From the IMG/VR virus record IMGVR_UViG_2619619029_000002, positions 12,785 through 76,784 of that record: DNA of 64,000 nt; one strand, given 5' to 3'. The notes beneath the pieces were generated by a model. The model saw nothing but the letters and a program-made list of their open reading frames with translations, had not been told where the DNA came from and made no database searches. This DNA is from a virus (taxonomy: Duplodnaviria; Caudoviricetes). Made by a program: the position numbers and the translations under genes. Below are positions 1-9,066 of this stretch, piece by piece (within the stretch, counting starts at the first letter, position 1; the number at the start of each line of letters is the position of its first letter).

Positions 1-28
1 GCCCCCCTGCGCGGGAAGGCGGTGCGCC

Positions 29-508
29 GTGGGTAAGCGCACGTTCGCCGCCGGCACGACGGTGGCCGTTTCCAAGACGGAGGCCGAAATCAAGGACCTG
101 CTCCGCAGTCGCGGGGCCACGCGCACCGCCTTCGCCGAGGAAGAGGGCCGCGCGGTGGTGCTCTTCGACCTGCAGGACAGGCGCGTGAAGTTCACCATGC
201 CCCTGCCCCTCCCCGTCCACCGCAGCTTCACCCACGACAAGCGCGGGAAGCAGCGGACCCAGGCCGCCGCCACCCGCGCATGGCAGCAGGCCTGCCGCGA
301 GAAGTGGCGGGCCCTCCTCCTCACCATGAAGGCCAAGTTCGTCAGCGTGGACAACCAGGTCGAGACGTTCGAGGAGGCCTTCCTCGCGCACATCGTCACG
401 CCTAGTGGGAAGACGGTGGGGCAGCACGCCTTGCCCGCCGTTGCCGAGGCGTACCGCACGGGCACCATGCCCCCGCTTCTGCCATCCGGAGAGGTGCACC
501 GTGGCTGA
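29..508 (+). CDS. conserved phage hypothetical protein
   Basis: WRALLLTMKAKF..VETFEEAFLAHIVTPSG motif, common in phage proteins; coupled to the next gene. Confidence 0.7.
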   Translation: MGKRTFAAGTTVAVSKTEAEIKDLLRSRGATRTAFAEEEGRAVVLFDLQDRRVKFTMPLPLPVHRSFTHDKRGKQRTQAAATRAWQQACREKWRALLLTMKAKFVSVDNQVETFEEAFLAHIVTPSGKTVGQHALPAVAEAYRTGTMPPLLPSGEVHRG

Positions 509-1076
509 GCCGACCGTCTACCAATACCGGCTGCGCACCCCGAAGGGGCGTTGGATCGCAGACGTCGTCATGCTCAGCGACGGCTACTTCTCTGCCGTCT
601 CCAACTGCGGCGGCTATGCCTACCGGTGGGGAAGCCCGGGCAAGGAGTTCCGCGCCTTCGTCGCCGACCTGGAAGATGACGCGGACTACCTGTGCAGCAA
701 GCTGGGCCGGGCCACATGGTGGGATGGCGCCGCCACACTCAAGGGCATCCGCGAATACATCCTTGAGTCTCGGCGCAAGAGCGGCTGGACGAAGGCGCGG
801 GCCGCCCAGGAATGGCAGACGCTGGCCGATGCCCTCTCCCCCTACAGCGACAGCAGTCCGAGCGAGCACGACGAGATGGACGTCCACCAGTTCCACGACT
901 GGTACGGCGAGACGAAAATCGACGATGGCTACGAGTTCGCGACGTACGACTACGAGCCGCAGCTCCGCGCGTTCTGCCGCGAGGTGATGCCAGTCCTGGC
1001 CGCTGCCATCCGCGAGCAGCTCAAGGCCGAGGCCGCAGCAGCCCCTGCGACGGGAAGCGAGGTGGCCCATGGGTGA
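501..1076 (+). CDS. phage hypothetical protein
   Basis: GTG at 501 with upstream GAGG, overlapping the previous stop; high-GC3 codons. Confidence 0.7.
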   Translation: MAEPTVYQYRLRTPKGRWIADVVMLSDGYFSAVSNCGGYAYRWGSPGKEFRAFVADLEDDADYLCSKLGRATWWDGAATLKGIREYILESRRKSGWTKARAAQEWQTLADALSPYSDSSPSEHDEMDVHQFHDWYGETKIDDGYEFATYDYEPQLRAFCREVMPVLAAAIREQLKAEAAAAPATGSEVAHG

Positions 1077-1890
1077 GAGCACTTCCCCGTTCACCATCAA
1101 GAGCGCAGCGCCCAGAAAGACGCGCATCCGCGACCTCGTCAACGTCTACAGCAAGGCGTCATGCCGGGTGTGGCTCACGCTGGACCGTCGCACGTTGGAG
1201 TTGGTGGAGGCCGATTCGCTGGGCAAGCCGATGGACGTGGGCACCCCTCCTGAGTGGCTGACCTACGAGTTGGAGCAGGACGGCTGGGACAACCTGGTGG
1301 ACTACCCCTATCGCGAGGCGGAGCGCGTCGGGTGGGCACTGGCGTGCGGCATCGCGCCTGGCCAACCCTTCCTCGTCGAGGTGGACCCGCCTGTGCACAG
1401 CACGCACTGGACGGACTGTGGCTACGAGTACGACACGGACTACAGCTCCGAGCTCGTCCGCGTGACGCCGCTGCCACCGGAGGACGTGGCCCGGCGCTGG
1501 GAGGTGTGGCTGTGGTGGGCGGCGCTGGACTGCGACGCGCGCGAGCGCGCCGCCGCAGCCCAGAAGGCGACGACGGAGGCACAGCGCGCGCTCGCACTCG
1601 CGGACCCGTCCGCGCTCTTCATCACCTCTGACGTCTACTTCGGCCCCCGCGATTCCATCGACTACATGCCGAGCGGCCTTCGCATCTACCTCAACAGCGC
1701 CCACCTTGGCCGGGGTGGCGGCGTGCTCGTGTCCGGCGAGGACGACAGGGGCGACCCGGGCAAGGCATGGGCCATGTTGCTGGAGCGCGCGGCCACGGTG
1801 CTGCCCAGCGTGCGGCCCGACTATCTCCGTGCGCTGCCGTGGCACCGGCCGCATATCAACCGGGAGGAGGTGCGCAGTGGACTGGACTGA
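1069..1890 (+). CDS. phage hypothetical protein
   Basis: 273-aa ORF coupled to both neighbours. Confidence 0.7.
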   Translation: MGESTSPFTIKSAAPRKTRIRDLVNVYSKASCRVWLTLDRRTLELVEADSLGKPMDVGTPPEWLTYELEQDGWDNLVDYPYREAERVGWALACGIAPGQPFLVEVDPPVHSTHWTDCGYEYDTDYSSELVRVTPLPPEDVARRWEVWLWWAALDCDARERAAAAQKATTEAQRALALADPSALFITSDVYFGPRDSIDYMPSGLRIYLNSAHLGRGGGVLVSGEDDRGDPGKAWAMLLERAATVLPSVRPDYLRALPWHRPHINREEVRSGLD

Positions 1891-2251
1891 TGAGTCGCAC
1901 CGAAGCCCCTGCGCGAAGTGTCCGTACCGCAAGGACGCGCCCCTTCGCCTGTGGCACCGGGACCACTTCCGGAAGCTGCTGCGCGACGATGAGAACGAGG
2001 TCGGCGGCCCGCTCTACGGTTGCCACAACGACGGCAAACGCCCCCGGGAGGAGGTGCGCCCCTGCGTCGGCTGGCTGCTGGACCAGCGCCGCCGGGGCAC
2101 GCCTTCGATTCAACTCCGGCTCGCGCTCGTTCGGAACAAGGTGGCGCAGGACATGTATTCGCGAATCAGCAACGCGGGGCTCCGGCTGTACACATCCATC
2201 CAGGCGATGTGCCGTGCCAACGGAGTGCGACGCAACGGAGGTGCCAGGTGA
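1877..2251 (+). CDS. Cys/His-rich hypothetical protein (PCAKCPYRKD...GCH...PCVGW)
   Basis: GTG at 1877 after GGAGG; putative metal-binding motif. Confidence 0.6.
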   Translation: MDWTDESHRSPCAKCPYRKDAPLRLWHRDHFRKLLRDDENEVGGPLYGCHNDGKRPREEVRPCVGWLLDQRRRGTPSIQLRLALVRNKVAQDMYSRISNAGLRLYTSIQAMCRANGVRRNGGAR

Positions 2252-2469
2252 GCGCGCGCCCCATTGAGGTGACGGTGCTATCCCCCGCGGGCGAGCCCCT
2301 CGGCACGTGGACGGGTACGCCCACCAACGCCCTCTGGCGGGCCACGCGCCAGACGCCGCGACTCACCGTGTCTGGTGCCACGCGCCCGTGTGAGCGACAC
2401 GGCGAGGGCTGGGCGTTGCGCCTGCAAGAGGGAGAGCGCCCGCCCAAGAACAACGGGAGGGCCCGCTGA
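2248..2469 (+). CDS. small hypothetical protein
   Basis: GTGA overlap upstream, TGATG overlap downstream. Confidence 0.5.
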   Translation: MSARPIEVTVLSPAGEPLGTWTGTPTNALWRATRQTPRLTVSGATRPCERHGEGWALRLQEGERPPKNNGRAR

Positions 2470-3545
2470 TGAGCGCCCCCCTCGGAGGCTCGTACCGGTA
2501 CACGCGTGAGGGGCGCGGCGTGTTCCACTTTCCCCTCGCGCGGCCGTGGACATGGGCGCTCACCCATCACGGCATGTGGTCGGTGTTCGTGGCGGACGTC
2601 GAGCCCGCACGCCAAGGAGTCCCTGCCCGGCGCCACCCGCTGCACCCGCCCGCCGAGCTCATGGGTTGCTGGCTGGCCATCTACGCGACGCAGGAGTACG
2701 ACGCCGAAGCGGTCCGCTGGCTGCGCGAAGCCCATGGCTTGGAGGTGCCCGCCGGTGACGTGCTGCCGGCCGACAGCTACGTGGCCGTGGCCCGGCTCGC
2801 CGAGGTGTCCACGGTGGGCAATGACTACCGGGCATTCGGCCGCGACCCGTGGTGGGCGCCGCGCAACGCCCCGTTCTGTCGGGGCACCATCGCTTGGTGG
2901 CTGGAGGAGATTCAGTACGTGGAGCCGCTGCCGTCCGCGCCCGCGAAGCGCCTGGCGCCGGTGGACCCGGGGCTGGTGCCGGAGTTGCGCGAGCGGATGC
3001 GCTTGGCTCGGGACAAGCTGTGGCGCCCGGAGGTGTACGCAGTGCCGGCATCCCTTCCCACCCTCCCGGCACCGCCGCCGCGAGCCATCATCGACGACAG
3101 GCCGGTACCGCCCATGCTCGCCGTACCGGAGCAGCTCGGCCTGTTCGGCGAGGCGCCCCAGCGCGAGGAGTCCACCACCAGCACGCCCCTCATGCAGGAA
3201 GCCCCACCGGCAGAATCCCTGCCCGAGGCAGCCGTGCACGTGGACGTGTTGGACACCCTGCACCAACTCCAGCCGCCCTGCCGCACGCCGCCCGCGGTGC
3301 TGATGGAGGGTGCCAGGCGCGTCAGGGCGCTGCTCGCGGACGGCAAGCCGCACGAGTGGCGCGAGCTGTGGGCGGTGGCCACCATCGACCCGGCACGAGG
3401 CAGCCTCGCCTATCGGGTGACAGAGGCGCTCGCCGTGCACGGCCCGCTGCTCCCCTGGAGGGTGCGCACCACCGGCACCTGCAAGGGCGACGGCTATGCG
3501 TGGTTCACGCTCGCGGAGGACGTCTCGTGCTCCGCCACACCCTGA
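2469..3545 (+). CDS. ASCH/PUA-like domain protein with Pro-rich linker and C-terminal domain
   Basis: WLAIYA...VAVARL...DPWW...WWLEEIQYVEPLP pattern, similar to the ASCH ORF at 58481. Confidence 0.55.
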   Translation: MSAPLGGSYRYTREGRGVFHFPLARPWTWALTHHGMWSVFVADVEPARQGVPARRHPLHPPAELMGCWLAIYATQEYDAEAVRWLREAHGLEVPAGDVLPADSYVAVARLAEVSTVGNDYRAFGRDPWWAPRNAPFCRGTIAWWLEEIQYVEPLPSAPAKRLAPVDPGLVPELRERMRLARDKLWRPEVYAVPASLPTLPAPPPRAIIDDRPVPPMLAVPEQLGLFGEAPQREESTTSTPLMQEAPPAESLPEAAVHVDVLDTLHQLQPPCRTPPAVLMEGARRVRALLADGKPHEWRELWAVATIDPARGSLAYRVTEALAVHGPLLPWRVRTTGTCKGDGYAWFTLAEDVSCSATP

Positions 3546-3958
3546 CGCACGCGCTTGAGTCTCTACGCCACCGGGTGGCGGCGGGCTCGCCCAGCCTGAC
3601 GGCGGCGCTCCGCTACGTGCAGCTGTCGGACAGGGCCCGCGTCGAGTTGGACAAACTGCTCGACGCCACTCGCTTTGAGGTGCCGTGCGAGCAACTCGCG
3701 TCCCCCTTCGCCGGCCGCGAGGGCCAGGTGCCCACGCGCGCGCTCGTGAACTGGGTGGAGGCGAAGAAGGCCGTCTCCCACTGCGAGGGCCCACGCTCCG
3801 CTGGAGGACTCGGGCTCAGGGGCTGGGAGGACGTGGGCGGACTGACGCGCCTGGAGGCGGTGGGCCTGCTGACGATGGCCCTGGAGCGGCTGGAGCGCAC
3901 GCCCGAGGTGGGCGTGGGGCCGCTGTTCCCGGGGCTGAACGGTCCGGGGCTCCGTTGA
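3527..3958 (+). CDS. hypothetical protein
   Basis: GTG after GGAGGA; protein-like C-terminal part of ORF 2849..3958. Confidence 0.5.
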   Translation: MLRHTLTHALESLRHRVAAGSPSLTAALRYVQLSDRARVELDKLLDATRFEVPCEQLASPFAGREGQVPTRALVNWVEAKKAVSHCEGPRSAGGLGLRGWEDVGGLTRLEAVGLLTMALERLERTPEVGVGPLFPGLNGPGLR

Positions 3959-4100
3959 GCGCTACGTTTTGTGCACCTCGCGAACACCCTGAGTGACGCA
4001 ACCCTAATCGAACATGGGGCGGCCGAATCCTTGCCACAATCCCTTTCATAAATTACCGCAGACTGCACGCCCTATGCCATGGCGAGCACCGGATCTCGCG

Positions 4101-4129
4101 TTGACACACTGTATCTGCCCCCATAGTTT
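4101..4129 (+). promoter_or_regulatory. sigma70-type promoter upstream of the antirepressor
   Basis: TTGACA-17 bp-TAGTTT in an AT-richer intergenic region. Confidence 0.65.
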
Positions 4130-4273
4130 GTGGCTGGTTGATAACAGACCTACCCGCAATCGACGCAAGTGATTGTGGCAATCCCAGCCATCCGACAGCG
4201 TGTCGCCGTCTCAAGTCCACCCCGCGTCCGGTATCCGGTCGCGACCCACATTCTCGCCCCAGGAGAGTTGCGC

Positions 4274-5083
4274 ATGTCGTCGTGCAAGCCGAGCAGTCTC
4301 ACCATCAACGACGTGGTCGTGAATCAGGACTCCAACGGGCGCTATTGCCTCAACGACCTGCACCGGGCTGCGGTAGCCAGCGGCATCAACGCCCGGACGA
4401 AAGAACCGGGGAAGTTCCTTTCAAGCCCCCAGATTGTGGCCCTCGTCCATGAATTGACCGCCACGCTGGGCGATACCCAGATTCTGGGTATCGCACCTGT
4501 TGAGAGCATCCGCGGCGGTCCGAATCAGGGGACGTACGTCTGCCGAACCCTCGTCTTCCGGTACGCGGCGTGGGTGTCCGCAGCCTTTGAGTTGAAGGTC
4601 TACAAGGTCTTCGAGGATTACGTGGACGGGCGGCTCGTGCCCACAACCCCCTCCTTCCCTGTCCCAAAGTCCCTCGCCGAAGCGCTCCGGCTCGCCGCCG
4701 ACCTTGCCGACAAGGTGGAGGCGAAGGACCGGCAACTCGTCGCCCAGAAGCCTGCGGTGGAGTTCCTGGACCGCTTCGTGGAGGCGAAGTCCACCAAGGG
4801 GTTGCGCGAGGTGGCGAAGGTGCTCGGGCTCAAGGAGAAGGACTTCGTGGCCCGTCTCGTCGACGACGGCGTGATGTTCCGCCAGTCCGGGCGCCTGCTG
4901 CCCTCGGCGGAGTACCAGCACCGTGGCTACTTCGAAGTGAAGACGGGCGAAACCAGGGGCTACGTCTACGCTCAGGTACGCTTCACTCCCGCGGGCATCG
5001 CGTGGGCCGCGAAGCGCTACGCCATCCCCGCCGAGCCCGGAAGTCCCTCTTCGGCACACCGCTTGCCGATGGCCCCCTCCTGA
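4274..5083 (+). CDS. phage antirepressor, KilA-N + ANT/KilAC domains
   Basis: GRYCLNDLHRAA..GTYVCRTLVFRYAAWVSAAFELKV (KilA-N); PKSLAEALRLAAD..KPAVEF..REVAKVL..RFTPAG (KilAC); AGGAG RBS. Confidence 0.9.
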   Translation: MSSCKPSSLTINDVVVNQDSNGRYCLNDLHRAAVASGINARTKEPGKFLSSPQIVALVHELTATLGDTQILGIAPVESIRGGPNQGTYVCRTLVFRYAAWVSAAFELKVYKVFEDYVDGRLVPTTPSFPVPKSLAEALRLAADLADKVEAKDRQLVAQKPAVEFLDRFVEAKSTKGLREVAKVLGLKEKDFVARLVDDGVMFRQSGRLLPSAEYQHRGYFEVKTGETRGYVYAQVRFTPAGIAWAAKRYAIPAEPGSPSSAHRLPMAPS

Positions 5084-5098
5084 GTGCGCCCGCAGCGG

Positions 5099-5464
5099 CT
5101 ACCCGTCCACCACCAGCCAATCGCCGCGGCAGGTGGAGCACTCGCGCCTGGTGAGTCCTGGCACGGCCACCACTGTGGTGATGCGCGCCTCATAGGGCGA
5201 GCACTTCCCGCAGCCCTCCGCCATGGCGCGCACCGGAAGCGTGTGCTCGTGCGGAGGGAGGCGCAGCATCTTGAGCCACTCCTCCACCCAAGCCGCGCTC
5301 ACCTTGAGGTCCAGCGTGTGCTCCGGGCCCTCCACCACCAAGTTGTGCTGGAGCGCCAGCCAGTACAGCCGGAACAGGTCGGTGACGCCCTTGAGCGCCG
5401 GTCCTCGGGCTGCGGCCTCGCGGCCCAACTGCTCCAGGTGCCGTTTCAGCTCCTCGCGTGTCAC
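5099..5464 (-). CDS. hypothetical protein with C-terminal CxxC...CxxC zinc ribbon
   Basis: VTREELKRH...GCGKC...ECSTC; start uncertain. Confidence 0.5.
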   Translation of the reverse strand: MTREELKRHLEQLGREAAARGPALKGVTDLFRLYWLALQHNLVVEGPEHTLDLKVSAAWVEEWLKMLRLPPHEHTLPVRAMAEGCGKCSPYEARITTVVAVPGLTRRECSTCRGDWLVVDG

Positions 5465-5536
5465 GGGCGGAGAGTGCCACGGCCCGGCAGGTGGCGCGAG
5501 CAGACGGCCATGTCCACCTTCTCGGCAGGAGGCCCC

Positions 5537-5749
5537 ATGCCCTGCTCCCGCCTGCCCGTCGTCCGCCAGCACCTCACCGCCGCGGCCGTGTCCCTCTTCG
5601 CGGAGGCCGTCCAGGCTGACGGAGTGCCACCTGCCCGCATCCAGCGCGTTGCCCTCCTGGTGGATGAGGCCCTGGCCGAGCTCGATGCGCCAACGGCCCC
5701 GGCGGACGTGCGCGGACCGGTGCCCGAGGACTGGACAGGTGCGCATTGA
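5537..5749 (+). CDS. small hypothetical protein
   Basis: AGGAGG RBS, 70 aa, helical pattern. Confidence 0.45.
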   Translation: MPCSRLPVVRQHLTAAAVSLFAEAVQADGVPPARIQRVALLVDEALAELDAPTAPADVRGPVPEDWTGAH

Positions 5750-5787
5750 CGCGCGGAATAGCGCACATGGTATGCCTCACCGCTGCC

Positions 5788-6450
5788 ATGACTATTCCCT
5801 CACTGCTAAAGCTCCCCGTCCGCATCCTGCCTACGGGACTCTGCGCGCTGACATTCCTGGCGCCAGCCGCCTGCGGTTCCTCAGACCCCGCTGATGACAG
5901 GCCCGGTTCGACCCGGGGCACAATTTATGGGGATTACAACGACGAGTGGAGAGAACACTTTCCCCCTTCTTCCTCCGTCAATCTCGAAGGGCAATACGTT
6001 CCACCGGACGTACATCTTCTCCGATTCTGCGGCCACGCTGTAGGAACCCCCGAAAATATACCGGGGACCTCTGATTCGCTTTGCTACACCGTGCACCTCG
6101 AAAAGACTGTTTTGGGCACCGGCCCAACAACCTTGTCCATCGACGGACACATCGAGGTCTCTGTTGCAGGAAACGACAACCAGCCGCCGCCCACCTTCGT
6201 CCCCCGTGGGAGTCATTCGGCGAGTGTGAGGCGTGCCTGGGTCAAATCCAGCTGCGACGGTGAACACTATTTCGACAACCCCGTACGGCAGGAAGTGACT
6301 GGGACGTTGGAGCTCAGCGTGAACACGGCAAAGCGGGTGTCGGGCAGATTCAAGATTGAAACGTCCGGGCGAGCCGCAGGCCCATGTCCGACAAACAGAA
6401 CCCGTGCCGACCTTACGTTTGACAACTCCATACAGCCCTCCTTCGACTGA
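5788..6450 (+). CDS. putative lipoprotein (moron)
   Basis: Signal peptide ending LAPAAC-GSS (lipobox-like); visibly lower GC. Confidence 0.7.
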   Translation: MTIPSLLKLPVRILPTGLCALTFLAPAACGSSDPADDRPGSTRGTIYGDYNDEWREHFPPSSSVNLEGQYVPPDVHLLRFCGHAVGTPENIPGTSDSLCYTVHLEKTVLGTGPTTLSIDGHIEVSVAGNDNQPPPTFVPRGSHSASVRRAWVKSSCDGEHYFDNPVRQEVTGTLELSVNTAKRVSGRFKIETSGRAAGPCPTNRTRADLTFDNSIQPSFD

Positions 6451-6581
6451 GTTGCCACTCAATGAGCGTGCACGGAAGAGCGAAGCCTGCCATTCCATGC
6501 ACGGGCAGAACGCCATGCGAGCCGCTCGGTCTTCATAACGGTCGGCGAGGTAACAACCGCCGCGCCTCGCGTCCTACTGGC

Positions 6582-6794
6582 GTGAGCACTACCACCTACC
6601 GCTGCCCAGGCTGCGGCGCCCAACTCGAGCGCCGTGGCACCCTCCTCCTCTGCGTCAACGACGGAGCGCACCCGCAGGACCGCAGCACCCGCGCCTACCA
6701 CGCTGGCCGCCACGGGCGCCTCGTCCCGGCGTCCCAGGCAGCTGCGCCCGCTTGGCGCGCCGCCGTCGCCCGGCTGACGGGTGAGCCCGAGTAG
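6582..6794 (+). CDS. small zinc-ribbon protein
   Basis: YRCPGCGAQLERRGTLLLC. Confidence 0.45.
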   Translation: MSTTTYRCPGCGAQLERRGTLLLCVNDGAHPQDRSTRAYHAGRHGRLVPASQAAAPAWRAAVARLTGEPE

Positions 6795-6839
6795 GTGCGG
6801 ATGCCCTCACCCTGGGGAGGTATGTCACCCGCGCGGAGT

Positions 6840-6881
6840 TAGCGATACTGCTATTGACGCCAGTAACGATATCGCTATATT
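6840..6881 (+). promoter_or_regulatory. sigma70-type promoter with overlapping inverted-repeat operator
   Basis: TTGACG(6854)-16 bp-TATATT(6876); TAGCGATA(6840)/TATCGCTA(6870) inverted pair. Confidence 0.6.
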
Positions 6882-6928
6882 TCTTCCCACGACGGCGGCG
6901 TGACGCCGCGTCGAAAGCGGGGGGCGCC

Positions 6929-7570
6929 ATGGCGGAACGAATCGTAGAGGCCAACTACCCGGGGTTCTGCTCGGCGTGCCGGACGAAGTACCCCGCCGGC
7001 ACGCAGGTGAAGAAGGGCCCCTCGGGCAAGTGGGACCACGCCGAGTGTCCCGCGCCAGCCTCCTCGGCCCAGGACAGCACGGCCCGTGCGGCCCGGCACG
7101 ACGCCCTCTACAACGAGGGCCACGCCGGCGGGGGGTACAACCCGCACCAGCGCGCCGACAACGAGGTCCGCGCGGACGAGTTGGAGAGGGACGGTCGTGT
7201 CGTCGCAGCCGGTGGTGGCCACCGTGTGACGGTGCTGGGCCTTCGTGCGGATTGCCTCACCGGCTCCGCGGCCCAGGTGCAGTGGGGACGGGAGGTGCGG
7301 GCGAACGAGGTGCGCGGAGTCCTCAACAGCCTCGCCGAAAGGGCCCGTGGCCGTGCGCTGCCGGAGGCTGACGTGCTGGGGCTCGCAGGGGCGCTTCAGG
7401 CGGTGCTGGCGCTGCCGGAGACGCAGGCCGCCCAGTGGTGGATTGACCGCCGTCCGCAGCGAGGAGACGCCCTGGGGGCCGCGCTGCGCGACCAGGTCCG
7501 GCAGGTGTTCAATCCTGCCGCCGCGCCGCCGGAACACCTGCGTTGCACCATCGAGCCGCTCGGGCTCTAG
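6929..7570 (+). CDS. hypothetical protein with N-terminal CxxC motif
   Basis: ANYPGFCSACRTKY..KWDHAEC; first gene after the promoter. Confidence 0.65.
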   Translation: MAERIVEANYPGFCSACRTKYPAGTQVKKGPSGKWDHAECPAPASSAQDSTARAARHDALYNEGHAGGGYNPHQRADNEVRADELERDGRVVAAGGGHRVTVLGLRADCLTGSAAQVQWGREVRANEVRGVLNSLAERARGRALPEADVLGLAGALQAVLALPETQAAQWWIDRRPQRGDALGAALRDQVRQVFNPAAAPPEHLRCTIEPLGL

Positions 7571-7571
7571 G

Positions 7572-7841
7572 ATGGCGCGCGTGAGCGACACACCTACCAA
7601 GCGCAGCCGCACCACGAGAGGCACCATTGTCCGGCAACTGCCCGCCCGACTCACAGCGCGAGCTGACAGCGCCGTCCAGTTCCTCGCCGCGAAGCTGGGC
7701 GAGGAACCCAGGCACCCCGCCCTGGAAGCGTTGCTCGACGGGGAGGAGTACGCCGCCTCGGCGTCGGGAGCGCTGAACCTGGGGGTCGAGGTGGTGGCTA
7801 AAGCACTGGGGTGGACACCGCCGACCGAAAACGACACGTGA
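7572..7841 (+). CDS. small putative DNA-binding protein (ribbon-helix-helix-like)
   Basis: Basic N-terminus, beta-strand-like TIVRQL followed by helices; weak call. Confidence 0.45.
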   Translation: MARVSDTPTKRSRTTRGTIVRQLPARLTARADSAVQFLAAKLGEEPRHPALEALLDGEEYAASASGALNLGVEVVAKALGWTPPTENDT

Positions 7842-7877
7842 CTGGGCTCGCCAATCGCGGGCCCGAGTGGAGGCAAG

Positions 7878-8192
7878 ATGACGACGATGCAGTGGATGGC
7901 CGTGGCGGACAACGTGAAGCACGAATTCCAGGCGGCGGGCCTGTTGGCCGCGCTCTCCCACGCCGAGGGATGGCTGGGCGAAGCAGCCAACCGGACCACC
8001 ATCGAGGTATGGCCGCTCCACGACTGGGACGCGATGCAAGAACCCGAGGACCCGTACCGGTCGCCGGTCGCCAAGGTCGTTCGGGGCGCCGGGGAGAACT
8101 GGTGGCTCTCCAGTCACGAGGAGCCGCTGAAGCTCGTCGGCCAGCCGGCACTCACCGAGCTTGGCTCCGCCTACGCGTACGATTTGAGCTGA
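7878..8192 (+). CDS. hypothetical protein
   Basis: GGAGG RBS, 104 aa. Confidence 0.65.
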   Translation: MTTMQWMAVADNVKHEFQAAGLLAALSHAEGWLGEAANRTTIEVWPLHDWDAMQEPEDPYRSPVAKVVRGAGENWWLSSHEEPLKLVGQPALTELGSAYAYDLS

Positions 8193-8223
8193 TGCGCTGG
8201 ACGCCGCCCAAGGACTACGACCA

Positions 8224-9066
8224 GTGATTGGCCTTGCCGAGCTTGTAGCCGAAGCCCTGTCCGCGCTGCGCGTTGCGCCCGCCGAGTTGGACCTAGTGCC
8301 CTTTCGCCAGCGCGCCCTCCTCACCGCCCAGGCGACGTGGGACGAGGGGGCTCCGATGAGGGCGCCTCCCCTCGTCAACGTGGCCGGACTGGCGCTGGCG
8401 GGAGGCGCAGGCCTCGTCGCCCATCAGGTGCGGCCGGCCGCGGCACAGCATGTGGCCGCGACGGACCTGCACTCCCTGCCCGACTCCCCGCCCGAGTTCC
8501 TCCGCCGGCCGTGGCTGCTGGAGGTGCGGCGGCCCTCGGCAGGCGAGCGCCTTTTCGGCTCCACTTTCGCCCTTGGCGGGTACCAGCTTGAGGGCACCAC
8601 GTACCTGCTTGGCCTGACGGCGGCGGGCGCGGCCAACGTCGCCCCGTGGCGCCCGCAGTGGACGGGCGGCGACCTGGCCGAGGGCACTCGCCAGGACCGC
8701 TCACCGCTCATCGAGGACGTGGGCGAGCACCAGCAGTGGGCTCGCGACGCAGCCCGGTTTGCCGTCGTCTACGCCCTCCTCTGCGAGTCCGAGGGCTCGC
8801 CGTTGCGCGTGGACGAGGCGCGCAAGAGGGACGCCGTGGGCGGACTCCCGGTGCGCAACGTCTACCTGGACGGCGCGCTCGGCGCCTCCCCTGGCACCAC
8901 CTCGCCGTCCGCGTCGGCAGCAGAGCAGGGCCTCGACGCCGAGCTGCGACCCGTGCGCGGCCACCTCAAACGCCAGCGACACGGGCCTGGGCTTGCGCTG
9001 TCGAAGTGGATTTACGTCTCCGGCTACTCCGCGTGGCGCTGGGTGCTACCAGGAGGCACGTTGTGA
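8224..9066 (+). CDS. phage hypothetical protein with VRGHLKRQRHGPG..KWIYV motif
   Basis: C-terminal VRGHxxRQ..GPG..WI motif recurrent in phage proteins. Confidence 0.7.
   Translation: MIGLAELVAEALSALRVAPAELDLVPFRQRALLTAQATWDEGAPMRAPPLVNVAGLALAGGAGLVAHQVRPAAAQHVAATDLHSLPDSPPEFLRRPWLLEVRRPSAGERLFGSTFALGGYQLEGTTYLLGLTAAGAANVAPWRPQWTGGDLAEGTRQDRSPLIEDVGEHQQWARDAARFAVVYALLCESEGSPLRVDEARKRDAVGGLPVRNVYLDGALGASPGTTSPSASAAEQGLDAELRPVRGHLKRQRHGPGLALSKWIYVSGYSAWRWVLPGGTL

Noticed and set aside
2166-3794. 542-aa minus-strand ORF
   Set aside because: Shadow of the plus-strand genes; low-complexity translation.
5746-5777. sigma70 promoter TTGACG...TATGCC before the lipoprotein
   Set aside because: 19-bp spacer and weak -10 box; insufficient support.
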